Assembly (NCBI GenBank): GCA_904063045.1
Contig: CAJFCJ010000040.1
Location: forward strand, 65,503 to 129,502
Direction of reading: 5' to 3'
Length of the DNA stretch: 64,000 nucleotides
Origin: Dimorphilus gyrociliatus
Lineage: Eukaryota; Animalia; Annelida
The translations under genes were made by a program, and so were the position numbers. Position 1 is the stretch's first letter, and the number at the start of each line of letters is the position of its first letter. The notes beneath the pieces were generated by a model, which was not told the origin of the DNA, did no database searches, and was given only the letters and a program-made list of their open reading frames with translations. Below are positions 52,186 through 63,467 of the stretch, piece by piece.

Positions 52186-52342
52186 GATCTTAGAGCAAGA
52201 AACTGTTGGAGCTGATGGAAAGAAAACCAAGAGACCAGTTTCATTTGCATCAAAATTACTTATCAATTCACAGCTCAAGTATGCTGCATATCAAAAAGAA
52301 ACTTTTGCTGTTTATTGGGCAATACAGAAGTTTTCACATTAA
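52186..52342 (+). mobile_element. RNase H fragment of the Gypsy family
   Basis: LEQE...RPVSFASKLLINSQLKYAAYQKETFAVYWAIQKFSH. Confidence 0.9.
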
Positions 52343-52529
52343 AGAATAAGAAAACATAACATTTGAAATGTAGAGAAGAATAGAGAAGAACTGAAGTAAA
52401 TCATTTGATTTATGAAAGGACAGTTGACCCTTTTTTTTTGGGGTCAACTGTCTGGATTTTTTTTCTTTTGAATTCAAACTATCACATTCTCTTTTTAGTG
52501 AACCAGGCTAAAATCTACCCAAACCCTTT

Positions 52530-53090
52530 TGTTATTTATAGCTTACCGCAAGAACTTTCATCATCCCCTTCTAAGCAATGTCTTATACCATCACAAACCT
52601 GATCAATATAAATACAATAATTGAATTTTTTACACTTGAACTGTCCACATTTACATTGATGACTTTCCATACAAAACTTTAACTCATTGAAGGGTGGATT
52701 CATTTTTGTTAATAGATAATTTGCTGAGTTATATTTCAATAAACAGCTGTTATTGCTTTTATGCTTTGAATTATAAATCAATTCTTCAGAAAATGAAGTT
52801 TTGTTCAAGATACTTATAAGTAATTCTCTGAAATTACAAAATTCTTCATCTTCAGTAGTTGGACAATCAACTTTAAAATTGCATTCGTAAAATTTTGGAA
52901 TACAATGAGTATTTGAGCATTTAAGCTGTTTTTTGCCACAACCAACTGCAGATACAGATAATAATCGAATTAGTGCAGATATTGGAATATTTAGTTTGTT
53001 TTGTTCTTTTTACAAACTATGATAACAATCTTCATTGCTATAATCTATACAGTCTCCATTGTTGTCACAAAACTTTTCAGTTCTAATACA
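52530..53090 (-). pseudogene. LDLa-rich fragment of a GRL101-like gene
   Basis: CKCGQFKCKKFNYCIYIDQVCDGIRHCLEGDDESSC parallels exons of genes 1 and 2. Confidence 0.75.
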
Positions 53091-53094
53091 CTGG

Positions 53095-54533
53095 TGATTG
53101 GAGCAACATGTTGCTAAAAACCCAATCAACACCAATAGTAAAAACACTTATTTCACCTGATATTTGGGATATAGATAACAATGCTGAAAAATTCCAAATT
53201 GAAATCTACTGCAAGATTCAGACTAGATGATTCAGATTGAAGCACAAAGAAATCACTTTCAACCCATTACCAAAATTAAATATGTGGTATGTAAGTCCAA
53301 CAGGGAACCAATTTCAAACAGTGAAACAAATGGGAAATTTACACTCTTACAGTATAACCCTGATATTGCTAAAAGGAAAGTGGAGGAAAACATGATTGAA
53401 AACACACCACAATTCCAGAAAGTGGACATTGAAAATGCAGTTAGAACATCTGCCTTACTTGGAAACATTAATAAGAACTTTCAAAACTTACAAACTGTAT
53501 TTAAACAAATATCTCAACTTTTATACAATGAGTTTATTGTGAGAAATAAGATGGTTGCATTGCCTACACCTTTGGCATCCCAACTTCCAATAATACTGAA
53601 TCCAACACAAGGAACTCACAGCACCTGACAACACTCAACACATGCACAGAACTAAAATCAGTTCAAGTCATTTGTGACATTGGAATCATAACAAAAAATG
53701 GATTGTGTTCTAAACAATTCCTCATCAAGCATAAAGGATTTCAATTTTCAATTGATCCAATACTACACCATGCCTACCACATAACAAAAGAAGATATAAG
53801 ATATAGGGAATGTGATCAAACACAATATCTCTTTAAAATAAAAAAGAACCCTTTGGATGCTGAAAGGAATCATAATGGAATATCTTCTGGAAGGAAAACT
53901 TTTATCTACTATACAAAGAATGGTTGTAAATTCCCAACAGCTGCTACCAGGTCAATCAGAATGAAAATCAACAATGAAATTGAAGAACCAAAACTGGAAG
54001 TTTCAAGGCTCACTGAGTTACTACAATTAGGTATAAACAATGAAGTTGGCAAAAAACACCAACAGTTCCAACAAGTCATTGACTATATACAAGACACTTT
54101 AACAAGGCAAAACAAGCATATCAACTTTGCTTATAAATTAGGAATTGATTCAAGTATGTCTACACAGCAACACTTATTTTCATCATGGCTAAAAACTCCA
54201 ACCAAAATGCTGAATAACATTGCTTTTCCAACAATAATTATTATTGGCATTGCATTCATACTATGGTTGGCATATAAAAGAAAATTTAGCAAAACTTACT
54301 AGGAAAAGACTTTGGAAATACTTGGAAAGAAAGAATGCCCAAGCCACAGCTCCAGATATTCAACAAGAGGAACTACATGTGCCAACATACTCAACTTTAG
54401 AAATTGACCAAGAAGCAATACCTCTTCAAAACTACCCAACTTTTAAGAAAGAAGATAACAGAGTCATAGTGACAAGTCCCAGACCTTTCGTGGAAGCAAG
54501 GTCTTAAAAGGGTGGGATATCTGTGCACTTAGA
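53095..54533 (+). mobile_element. 3' end of a Gypsy copy: env C-terminal half, polypurine tract and first 12 nt of the 3' LTR
   Basis: Homologous to 19630-20700; TM helix IAFPTIIIIGIAFILWLAY; tail with YSTL and YPTF; AAAAGGGTGGGA at 54506-54517 followed by TGTGCACTTAGA at 54522. Confidence 0.9.
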
Positions 54534-54550
54534 AATAATAACGTAATAAT

Positions 54551-54660
54551 GGGGTCAGAACAGTTTGCCCCTGGACAGTTTGCCCCAGGACAGTTCGCCC
54601 CATTTTAGAGACAGTTCGCCCCATTTTAGGGACAGTTCGCCCTATTTCAGGGATACTTTA
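54551..54660 (+). repeat. Subterminal tandem repeats (ACAGTTYGCCCC core x5) at the probable end of a DNA transposon
   Basis: Five 15-21-bp units begin right after the truncated 3' LTR. Confidence 0.7.
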
Positions 54661-54889
54661 TCCCTTTCAAGATTGATTGACCCTTCAGTAGGGAAAGAGT
54701 GATGTTCTACTTATTACATTTTGTTATTAGTTATTTTACTGTTATTTTTATATCTTTGATATTCTCAGCAAAACATACCTCATTAATGTTACTGTTACCA
54801 GTTTTTTTTACAAATCTATTTCCTGTTCCTCTGAAGGAAAAGTCTTTTGAATTAAATGAATTTTTATTATTTTGAATGATACTTTACAG

Positions 54890-55238
54890 AGATTGGTTTA
54901 ACTATTGAATTGATTGGTGTAAAAATGAATTTAAAAACCTGTTGGTGTTGTATGAGGAAATTTTATTGGAATCAGCAAAAAATAAGATGCAAATTATGTA
55001 AACACTTTTATCACCAAAAGTGCTCAAAAGGTAATCGAATTTATTTTTTTTCATTTATTTCAATGAATTTTTTTATAAAGCAGATGCTGATTATTGTGTT
55101 GATTGTTTCAATATTACAAAACAACAAGTTGTTATCAGAATAAGAAGAGTAGATCAAATGATGGAAGAAAATGGATTTGATAAAAGTAGTCCTAAACATA
55201 TGTCTACTGTTAATAAAACCTTTCAGGAAGAAAATCAG
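54890..55238 (+). CDS. Spliced PHD-finger-like (C4HC3) fragment, probably transposon-borne
   Basis: CWCC...CKLCKHFYHQKCSK|ADADYCVDC joined in phase by intron 55031-55080. Confidence 0.6.
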
Positions 55239-55520
55239 GTGATGTATTAAACTTAATCTTTCTTCAATTATTAACATGAAATTCTGCTTACAGTTAACAT
55301 TATCATTTGATTTTGAAAATAACTTTGTGGAAAATGAGGAAGGAAGAAGTCATTCATCAGTTATTTTGAAGATAAGATATGAGATATAAATGATAAATGA
55401 ATGATATTTAGTAATTCTATTTGTATTATCAAGATGGAAATAACTAAGAAAACAAGTTGGAGTTTTTAGCCATGATGAAAATAAGTGTTGCTGTGTAGTA
55501 TTGGTGGAAATCTTGAAAAC

Positions 55521-56259
55521 TGTGCACTTAGATATAAGGGTACATTAGAAAGACTTCTATTTTATAGGAATTAGACTGATGCAACTATAGAAATACTTAT
55601 ATTTCGTAGGAATTATAGTGGTGGAACTTTAGAAAGACTTTTATTTCATAGAGTTAGCTTTTAGTACTTTAGAAAGAACTCTATTTCGTAAGAAATAGAC
55701 TCTTTGACTGTAACAGATGGTGGCTACTTGGGGAATTAACAAAGGAACAAAGAACATGGAAAAGATGCAGGTCAAACACCAGATGCTGATGAGACAGGCC
55801 TGTTTGCTGTGGCACATGTTTGGCATGTGGCCCTAATCTTAGGATTATATTTTATATGTGTGATATAACAAGTCTTTCATATTTTTGTTACATGAGAATT
55901 ATGAGACCATCAGATTTCAACTTTGTAATCCTTTGACCACTTGAACCCAAGCTTTGGAAAATGTATAAAAGGAAATGCATTTCCTCAGCTTGTCAGTTCA
56001 GTTCTTTAACCGTTAACTGGTTGTTTAAACTTACTTGTTTAGAACTAGAAACTCATTTACTCAATACATATTCTTTGGACGAAATACTGGTATTTTGTTG
56101 AATTAGTTCTACCGAAATTACATTTGTTAAGACTATTTGTGGACAAACTTGAAAGGTTCTAATTGGACCAGTACTTTGGTAAATTGATAAATGATTGGAA
56201 AGGACGAATACTGTTCTGAAGAAGCAGAAATTCCTACAATTACAATACAAAAAAGTACA
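55521..56259 (+). mobile_element. Solo LTR type A (739 bp)
   Basis: TGTGCACTTAGA...AAAAGTACA; perfect 5-bp TSD AAAAC; TATAAAA at 55964. Confidence 0.95.
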
Positions 56260-57555
56260 AAAACAAAGATTATTAACCTTAACATGTGCTTGTAAATACT
56301 TTTAACTATACACAAATATAAGAATTGTTTTTCTATTCTTCCCTTTATGTTTATCATAAAATAATCACACTACTACTTCCCAATCACAGATGTGCTTCTA
56401 TTACTTTTTTATAATTTACTAGCTTTCTATTCTACAATACAACTATAGTTGTATATTAATCAGTACTTTTAATAATATCTTATAGAGTTAGGAAATGAAA
56501 GAAGCATAAAAAAGAAGTGTCATACACGCAAGAAGATCCACCTTCAGAACCTAGAATTTCAATTGCTACATATGTCCCTTCTTCAAATGGTCTATTTCCA
56601 AGTACTGTCAATACTGTTCCTAGGGCTGTTATATCTCCAATATCTGAAAGAATAAGGTCTTTAGAAAGTTGTATTATATTGGGAAAATGAAAAGTATTTA
56701 GAGAGAAAACAAAAATGCTAAAAAAAAAACAAATTCATTATTGCTTTGCTCTGATCATTTGACTTCTAATCTAAAAAAAGAAAATTGATTTATATACAAT
56801 ATTTTTCAGGCCAAATACAGGCACACATATTTGATATAGCAATATACAAATATTCTTTTATTATTGTATTGTGATTGCAAGCATTTCATTCTGAACCAAA
56901 GTAAAATTGTATTTTTGTAATTGTCAGTGTACTTTGTTGTATCTTGATCATAGGAATTTCGTGAAATGTAACAATTTTGGTAACATTAAATTCAAGCATT
57001 GAAAGAGAGAAATTGGAACAATGAATAACTCAAACCTAATCAAATTGGATATATGAATGTTCTAGATATTATTTCTTCAACATCTTAAGAGTATTTTATG
57101 TTACTGGACCAAATATTCAAATTGATTGCCCTATTGATATATTGTGTAAGGCATTTCTACCTGCTCTGCTTTTTCAGAGTTTTTCTATAATTTATATTTA
57201 TGAAACATTCCGAGAATTGTATTCTAGAGAATTAAAAAGAACATCAGTAGTTGTACACATACATTCGTCAGCTATATTCTACAATAGAGAAGTAGTATTG
57301 AACCAGTATTGTACTATGCAGATAGCACTGATAAAGATAAGCAGTAGTGACCTAGTTTCGCATAGGGCAGTGCATACACATTATGCAGCAATAAAACCTA
57401 TTGAATTATATAAAGAATATTTGCTATTTGCAACCTAGCATTAATATTACAATTTATTAATCCATAAATTTATGATTTCAAACTAAAACTAGTTCAATTA
57501 ATTATCAATTATGCTTAAATTCTAAGTTTAGATTATATTCACTATTCAACAGTAT

Positions 57556-58186
57556 TGTATACACAATACTGTTCTTTTTAACATGCATTAATCAGATATA
57601 CTTCCTCCTTATATGCTGATGCTAAATTTACTAACTCAATCAATTGAATATCATTATTAAGGTAGAATATAAAAATGGTCAAATATACAATATACATGTT
57701 TTCTTGATTGTTGGACTTGTCCTACTAAAATTGTTACATCTTATGCAACTCTCCAACCCTCGAAATTCAACTATTATTTAGAAGAGGAAAACAAGAAAAA
57801 CATGACCATATTTACAACTTTTCTTTGTCTTCAAATGTTACTTTTGTTTTTGTGAACATTGAAATTTGTGAACTATCAACCCTTAAAAGAGTATATAAAC
57901 CCTACAAAATTAACAGTTGATAGTTCAGTTTTCTAACTGTCAGCTAGTTGTTTAAACTAGCTTGTTTAGAACTAGAAGCTCATTTTACTCAATACATATT
58001 CTTTGGACGAAATACTGGTGTTTTGTTAATTAATTTCTACCGAAATTGCCTTTGTTAGACTATTTGTGGACGAACTTTAAAGGCTCTATTTGTGTGAGTA
58101 CTTTGGCAAGTTGGTAAATGATTGGAAAGGACAATTACAGTTGTGACGAACCAGAAATTCCTACAATTACAATACAACAAAGTACA
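57556..58186 (+). mobile_element. 5' LTR type B (631 bp)
   Basis: TG...CA termini; TATATAAA at 57892; matches solo LTR 46691-47321. Confidence 0.95.
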
Positions 58187-61100
58187 AATATGGCGCAGTC
58201 AACAGCCCACAATGCTACTTCAATGAATGTTATTTTGGTTTATGAGAATGACAAAGCCAGAGCCAAAGAAGTAGATGAATATCTTTCAAAAATTAATGAA
58301 TTAATGTTGAGAATTAAAAGTAGTGGAGCCAAAGTTGATGGTAATAGCTTTTTAAAGTACCATTTGATGACTGGGGCAGCTACAATTCCTGAAGGTATGG
58401 TTAATCCTGATCCTACTCAACCAAAATTCAGTTATGATGGCATTCAAGATAATGCTTTGGAAAAGACAATTGCAAGTCTTCTAATTGATGCTAATGAGAA
58501 ACCTAATACTACTTTGCTGAGACCCTATTCTGGTAGCAAAGATACTTGGGCCTTTAAGAGGAACTTTCAAACAGCTTGTGAATTAAACCTTTGGGATACA
58601 GAAGAGAAAAGAGTTCGAATGATGAGAAAATACACTACTGGAAGAGCCAGAGATGTTATTGAAAGTTTACCCTCCATGGCAAATGAAAATGAAATTTGGG
58701 ATGCATTGGATGAAGAATTTAATCCAGATCCTATGGCTTACAAAAAAGAAATTGATAGATTGAGACAGTTCAATGATGAAACTGTCCAAAGTTTTGTTAG
58801 AAGAAGTAAAGAACTTGTAGAAAAATTCCTACCATTCAATACTACTGTAATGGCTTGTGTTACTGAAAGAGTTAGAGAACTTCAACTGTTAACTGTATTC
58901 AGGAATGGTCTTAAAGGAAAAATTGTTAATCATGTGGAAAAAGATGGAGAGATTAACTCAGTTAATCAGTATATTAAATTGGCAAAAAGAGCAGAAATAT
59001 TTTTTGATAATGCAAGAAAAGAAAGTGAAAATGAATTCAAACAGTACAAAAGGAGATTTGACAACAATCAGAGTAACTCAAATCAAAATGAACATACATT
59101 TAAACCTTTTTCTCAAAATAGATTTCAACAACAAAGAAATGGAAATGCAGGAAATAATGAAAAAGGCAGCTTTAACAGACTAATACATGTTGGACCTGAT
59201 GAACCTAATGAAACTGAAATTTCTAAAGGAAGAATGGCAATATTTAATCTCAAAGAAGAGAAAATCGCACATTTTAAGTGTACTTCTTTGGTGAAAGGCA
59301 GAAAAGATTTCCAATTTCAAATGAAAAATCATAATGGAAGAGAGGTTATTGCTTTATGTGATTCAGGAGCACTTTTGTCATTTATTACAGAAAAAGAAAT
59401 CAGGTTAATGGATTCTAAATTCATCAAGAAAGAAACTACTGGCTTACCAATCATCACTTCAGCAGAGGGAAATGCCTTAAAGACAAAAGGAAAAGCAAAA
59501 CTGAATATTCAATTTAATGGAAGAATTATGGAACAAGAATTTTTTATTATGGAAAAACTAGATATGGCTATAATACTTGGTTGTGATTTCTTAGAAAATG
59601 CTGGAGCTCTTATTGATTTTGCAACAAAACAAGTTTCTCTTCCATTCTTTATCAGAAAAGGACAACCAGTTAGAAAGTTTTTGCAATATAATGAAAATCA
59701 CCAAACAAAATTTGGAAAACAAGGCAGTTTAAAAAAAGTAACTGTTGGAATGATGGGACAGTATTTTGAAGATTCTGACACTCCATCTGAAGTTTTTGAT
59801 ACTCCATCTGAAGTTTCAGATAGTGTGGACTCAGAAATGGAAGTTACTGATCCAGATACTGGCTATGATACAAGCAACACTCATGGTTCAAGCATAGTTT
59901 ATGAGGGATTCAATGGTTTTGATTCAAATAGCAATTATGGCACAGATGAAAGTTCCAGTACTTCTGAAAATTATGATACAGAAACAAGTACTGAATCAGA
60001 TCACAGCCCAGACTCAGATTTGGATATAATCAATGGTACAAGCTCATCTGAAGATGAAATTAGTGATTCAACTGAATCTGATAATGGTTCAATGATTGTT
60101 ATAGACTCATCTGAGGAAGAGCTTGATAACATAACTGAGCCTGATAATGATTCAATGATTGTTATAGACTCATCTGAAGAAGAGACCAGTAACACAATTG
60201 AGTCTGACAATGATTCCATAATGGTTATAGACTCATCTGATGAAGAGACTGGAAATATACCTAAGTCTGACAATGACTCAGTTATTCTTATAAATTCCTC
60301 TGAAGAAGAAACTGAAGACTTGGCTATGGAAATGGAAATTAAACCACAATACATAGAATTAGAAGATGGAATAACTATCAAAGTGGAAAAAGAACAAAAG
60401 AAAAATCCAGTAACTCCTGAAATAGAAGAATTACAGTTGGAAAGTATTGAATTTGAACATTTGTCTAATCAAAATGTACACAATATTAATTCAAATACAC
60501 TAGAAATTGACAATTATTTACATGTGTCCAAAAATAATCTTGACAAGAACAGAGAAGAATTAAAAAAAATGATAAAGAATTATGAAGATATTATTGCTAC
60601 AAATCAGAATGACATTGGTTCACCAGATGTTCCACCAATGGCAATTGAATTATTGGAAGATATAAAGCCTTTCAAACAAAGACCATACAGATTGCCACCC
60701 AACAAACAGCAGGAATGCAGGGATCAATTAAATGGATTATTGGAAAATGGTCTAATTAGAGCAAGCAAAAGCCAATGGGCTTCACCCATTGTTTTTGTGA
60801 AAAAGAAAGAAGGAACATTAAGAATGTGTGTGGATTACAGAAAACTTAACAAGCAATCAAAAAAGAATTGTTATCCAATCCCACATCAGGAAGATTTATT
60901 TGATAAGCTTGGAGGAGGCCACAAATATTTTTCTATATTGGATTTAACAAGTGCATTTCATCATATTCCAATTAAAGAAGAAGATAAGGAGAAAACTGCT
61001 TTTATTACACCATTTGGTTTATTTGAATTCAACCGCATGCCATTTGGTTTGGCTAATGCACCTTCACACTTCAGCTATATCATGGCAAATTTTGTTATTA

Positions 61101-63460
61101 ATGGATTGGAAAACTTCTGCATTAATTATATGGATGATATTATAGTTTTTACCAAAACATTGGAAGAACACTTTGTAGCTCTACAGAAACTTATGGAAAG
61201 AATCAAGGAAAAAGACTTTAGAATTAAACTGAGCAAATGTGCATTCTTACAAGAATCAGTTCAATTCCTTGGTGATAGAATTACACAGAATGGTATTGAA
61301 ACTGATCCTGAAAAGATTCAGAAAATAAAAGATGCCAAATTACCTATGTTTGCAAATACTCTGTTGAGTTTTGTGGCATTTTGTGGTTATTATAGAAGAT
61401 TTGTTAAAGATTTTGCAAAAATCACAAAACCTTTGAGAGAATTATTAAAAGTACACCAAAAGACAGAAAAACTGAAATGGACAAAAAAAGCAGAGGAAGC
61501 TTATGAAACACTAAGGAATGCAATGACAGAGCCCCCAATCCTTCAACTGCCAGACTTTACTAAATCATTCTATTTAACAACAGATGCTTCTAATTATGCA
61601 GTTGGTGCAGTTCTAGAACAAGAATGGGAAGAAGATGGAAAGAAAATAAGAAAACCAATTTCTTTTGCTTCCAAGCTCCTAATCAATACACAACTAAGAT
61701 ATGCAGCTTATCAAAAAGAGGCTTTTGCAGTATATTGGGCAGTACAAAAATTCTCCCATTATCTACAGTATAAGAAATTTTTTCTCTACACTGATCACCA
61801 AAATTTGGTACAAACATTTGTACAAAACAAACTGAATACAAGTACTGTTAAATGGGTGATGGCACTTATGGATATGGATTTTGAAATAATATACATACCA
61901 GGAAGAACTAATAGAGCAGACTGGATATCAAGAATTGGTGAAACTGATGAAGTAATTGATTTTCGTAATTTACTTAAGGAAAGATTAAATGAAGAAAAAC
62001 AAAATGGCAATACAGTTCCCCAATTAGCAGAAAGAAAGGATATGCTTAAATGCTTTTATATTGATACAGAGGACTTAGAAGAATTAGATGATTGTTTAGA
62101 TGACAATCTAGACAATGATTATGATGAAGACATAACTGAAATCCAAGCCCAGATTATGAAACTAAAAATCACACCAGTTGAAATAAACTTCTATAGAGAA
62201 CAAGTATTAGATACTCCACTAATGAAAGTTGTAGACAAATTGGAAGGAGAAAACATTGATAATGGGTCTTTGAATGAATATGGAAACTTTATTGAATCTA
62301 TGTTTGTAAAAGAAGATCTTGTATGGTATCTAAATGGCTGTCAACCACTACTTGTAATTCCACTATCAACTCTAACCAACTTACTTGGACAAATTCATCA
62401 ACATCAACTATTGAGCACTATGGTGTAGACATAACAATTCACACTTTGGAGCAAGCTTTCTGGCACCCCAAGCTAAAGAAAACAATTAAAGATCACATAA
62501 AGAGTTGTGAATTTTGTGAGCAATTAAGAGCACCAGGCAACAAACATCTGTTGGTTGAAACACCTCACCCAACTTTACCAATGCAAAGAATAGCTATGGA
62601 CATAATGGGACCTCTGACTGGACATGATTCTTACAAGTATATACTTGTCATTATAGACCACATGTCCAGATTTACCAACATATTCCCTCTAAAAACTCAA
62701 ACAGCTGAGGAGATTTCTAAACATTTGTTTTTCAACTATTTCCCAATATTTGGTATCCCAGAAGAAATTCTCACAGATCAAGGAAGGAATTTTCTTGGTG
62801 AAATCTTTACAGAAATGGTGACATCAATGGGAATACGAAAAATTAAAACAACAGCATTCCATAGCCAAAGTAATGGAATGGTAGAAAGAAAGAATTTGGA
62901 AATTCGTAGAGCACTACATAAACATGTAGTTATGGAACAATTGACAGATTGGACAAGACAGTTACCATTAATTCAGACATGTTTAATCAAATTCCAGTTG
63001 GAAGCACTGGCAAAACCCACATGAAATATTATTTGGATTGAAGAATAGAAATGTTTTAGACCTGTTAATGGAAGTTCCAAGATTAGAACCAACAACAAAA
63101 TTCTTATTTGATAGAAAACATGAACTTGAAGAAATTAGAGCAACAGCACTTTGCAAATCTGTTCTAAAAAAGAAGGAATATAGAGATAGAGTTAATAAAG
63201 CTATTACAAGAAACCTCCAACTTACAAAATTGGTGATTGGGTACACATAAGAAATGAAAACATTGGTCAAGGAATGAACAGAATAAATACAAGCAAATGG
63301 AGTGGACCATATCTTGTAACTGCTACAGATACTACAAAATGTTTGTATGAATTACAAATATTGGCAGATAAAAGAAAATTCTATCATGCTAGTAGACTAA
63401 GACTAGCTAACAAACAACCTATAACAGTTAACACAGTGACAGTAAGGAAACACAAACAAA
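58118..63460 (+). CDS. gag-pol: Gag-Pol polyprotein, single frame to 62428; integrase broken by 1-nt shifts near 62417 and 62985
   Basis: 1436-aa ORF containing a capsid-like region (no CCHC knuckle seen), PR, an acidic spacer, RT and RNase H. Integrase continues in ORFs 62323-63024 and 63274-63492. Confidence 0.95.
58191..58202 (+). promoter_or_regulatory. Primer-binding site, probably tRNA-Ser, overlapping an in-frame ATG at 58190
   Basis: TGGCGCAGTC lies 4 nt after the LTR end and is complementary to a tRNA 3' end ...GACUGCGCCA. The Ser assignment is from recall of tRNA-Ser acceptor stems. Confidence 0.7.
60017..60310 (+). repeat. 63-bp in-frame tandem repeat (4 units plus 1 degenerate) in the PR-RT spacer
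   Basis: Units start at 60080, 60143, 60206 and 60269, encoding MIVIDSSEEE, MIVIDSSEEE, IMVIDSSDEE and VILINSSEEE. Confidence 0.95.
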
Positions 63461-63467
63461 TGGTGGA

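Noticed and set aside
54551-54660. Short repeats with spacers resembling a CRISPR array
   Set aside because: Eukaryotic context; the spacers are only 3-9 bp and similar to each other; no cas genes.
58160-58190. A shared sequence ending ...CAACAAAGTACA joined to many unrelated downstream sequences looked like a spliced leader or site-specific recombination site
   Set aside because: It is the LTR 3' end: TG...CA termini, 5-bp TSDs at 55521-56259 and 20218-20676, and a PBS after the 5' LTR.
60001-60381. 126-aa antisense ORF with repeats
   Set aside because: It is the mirror of the sense-strand 63-bp repeats; there is no independent evidence for it.
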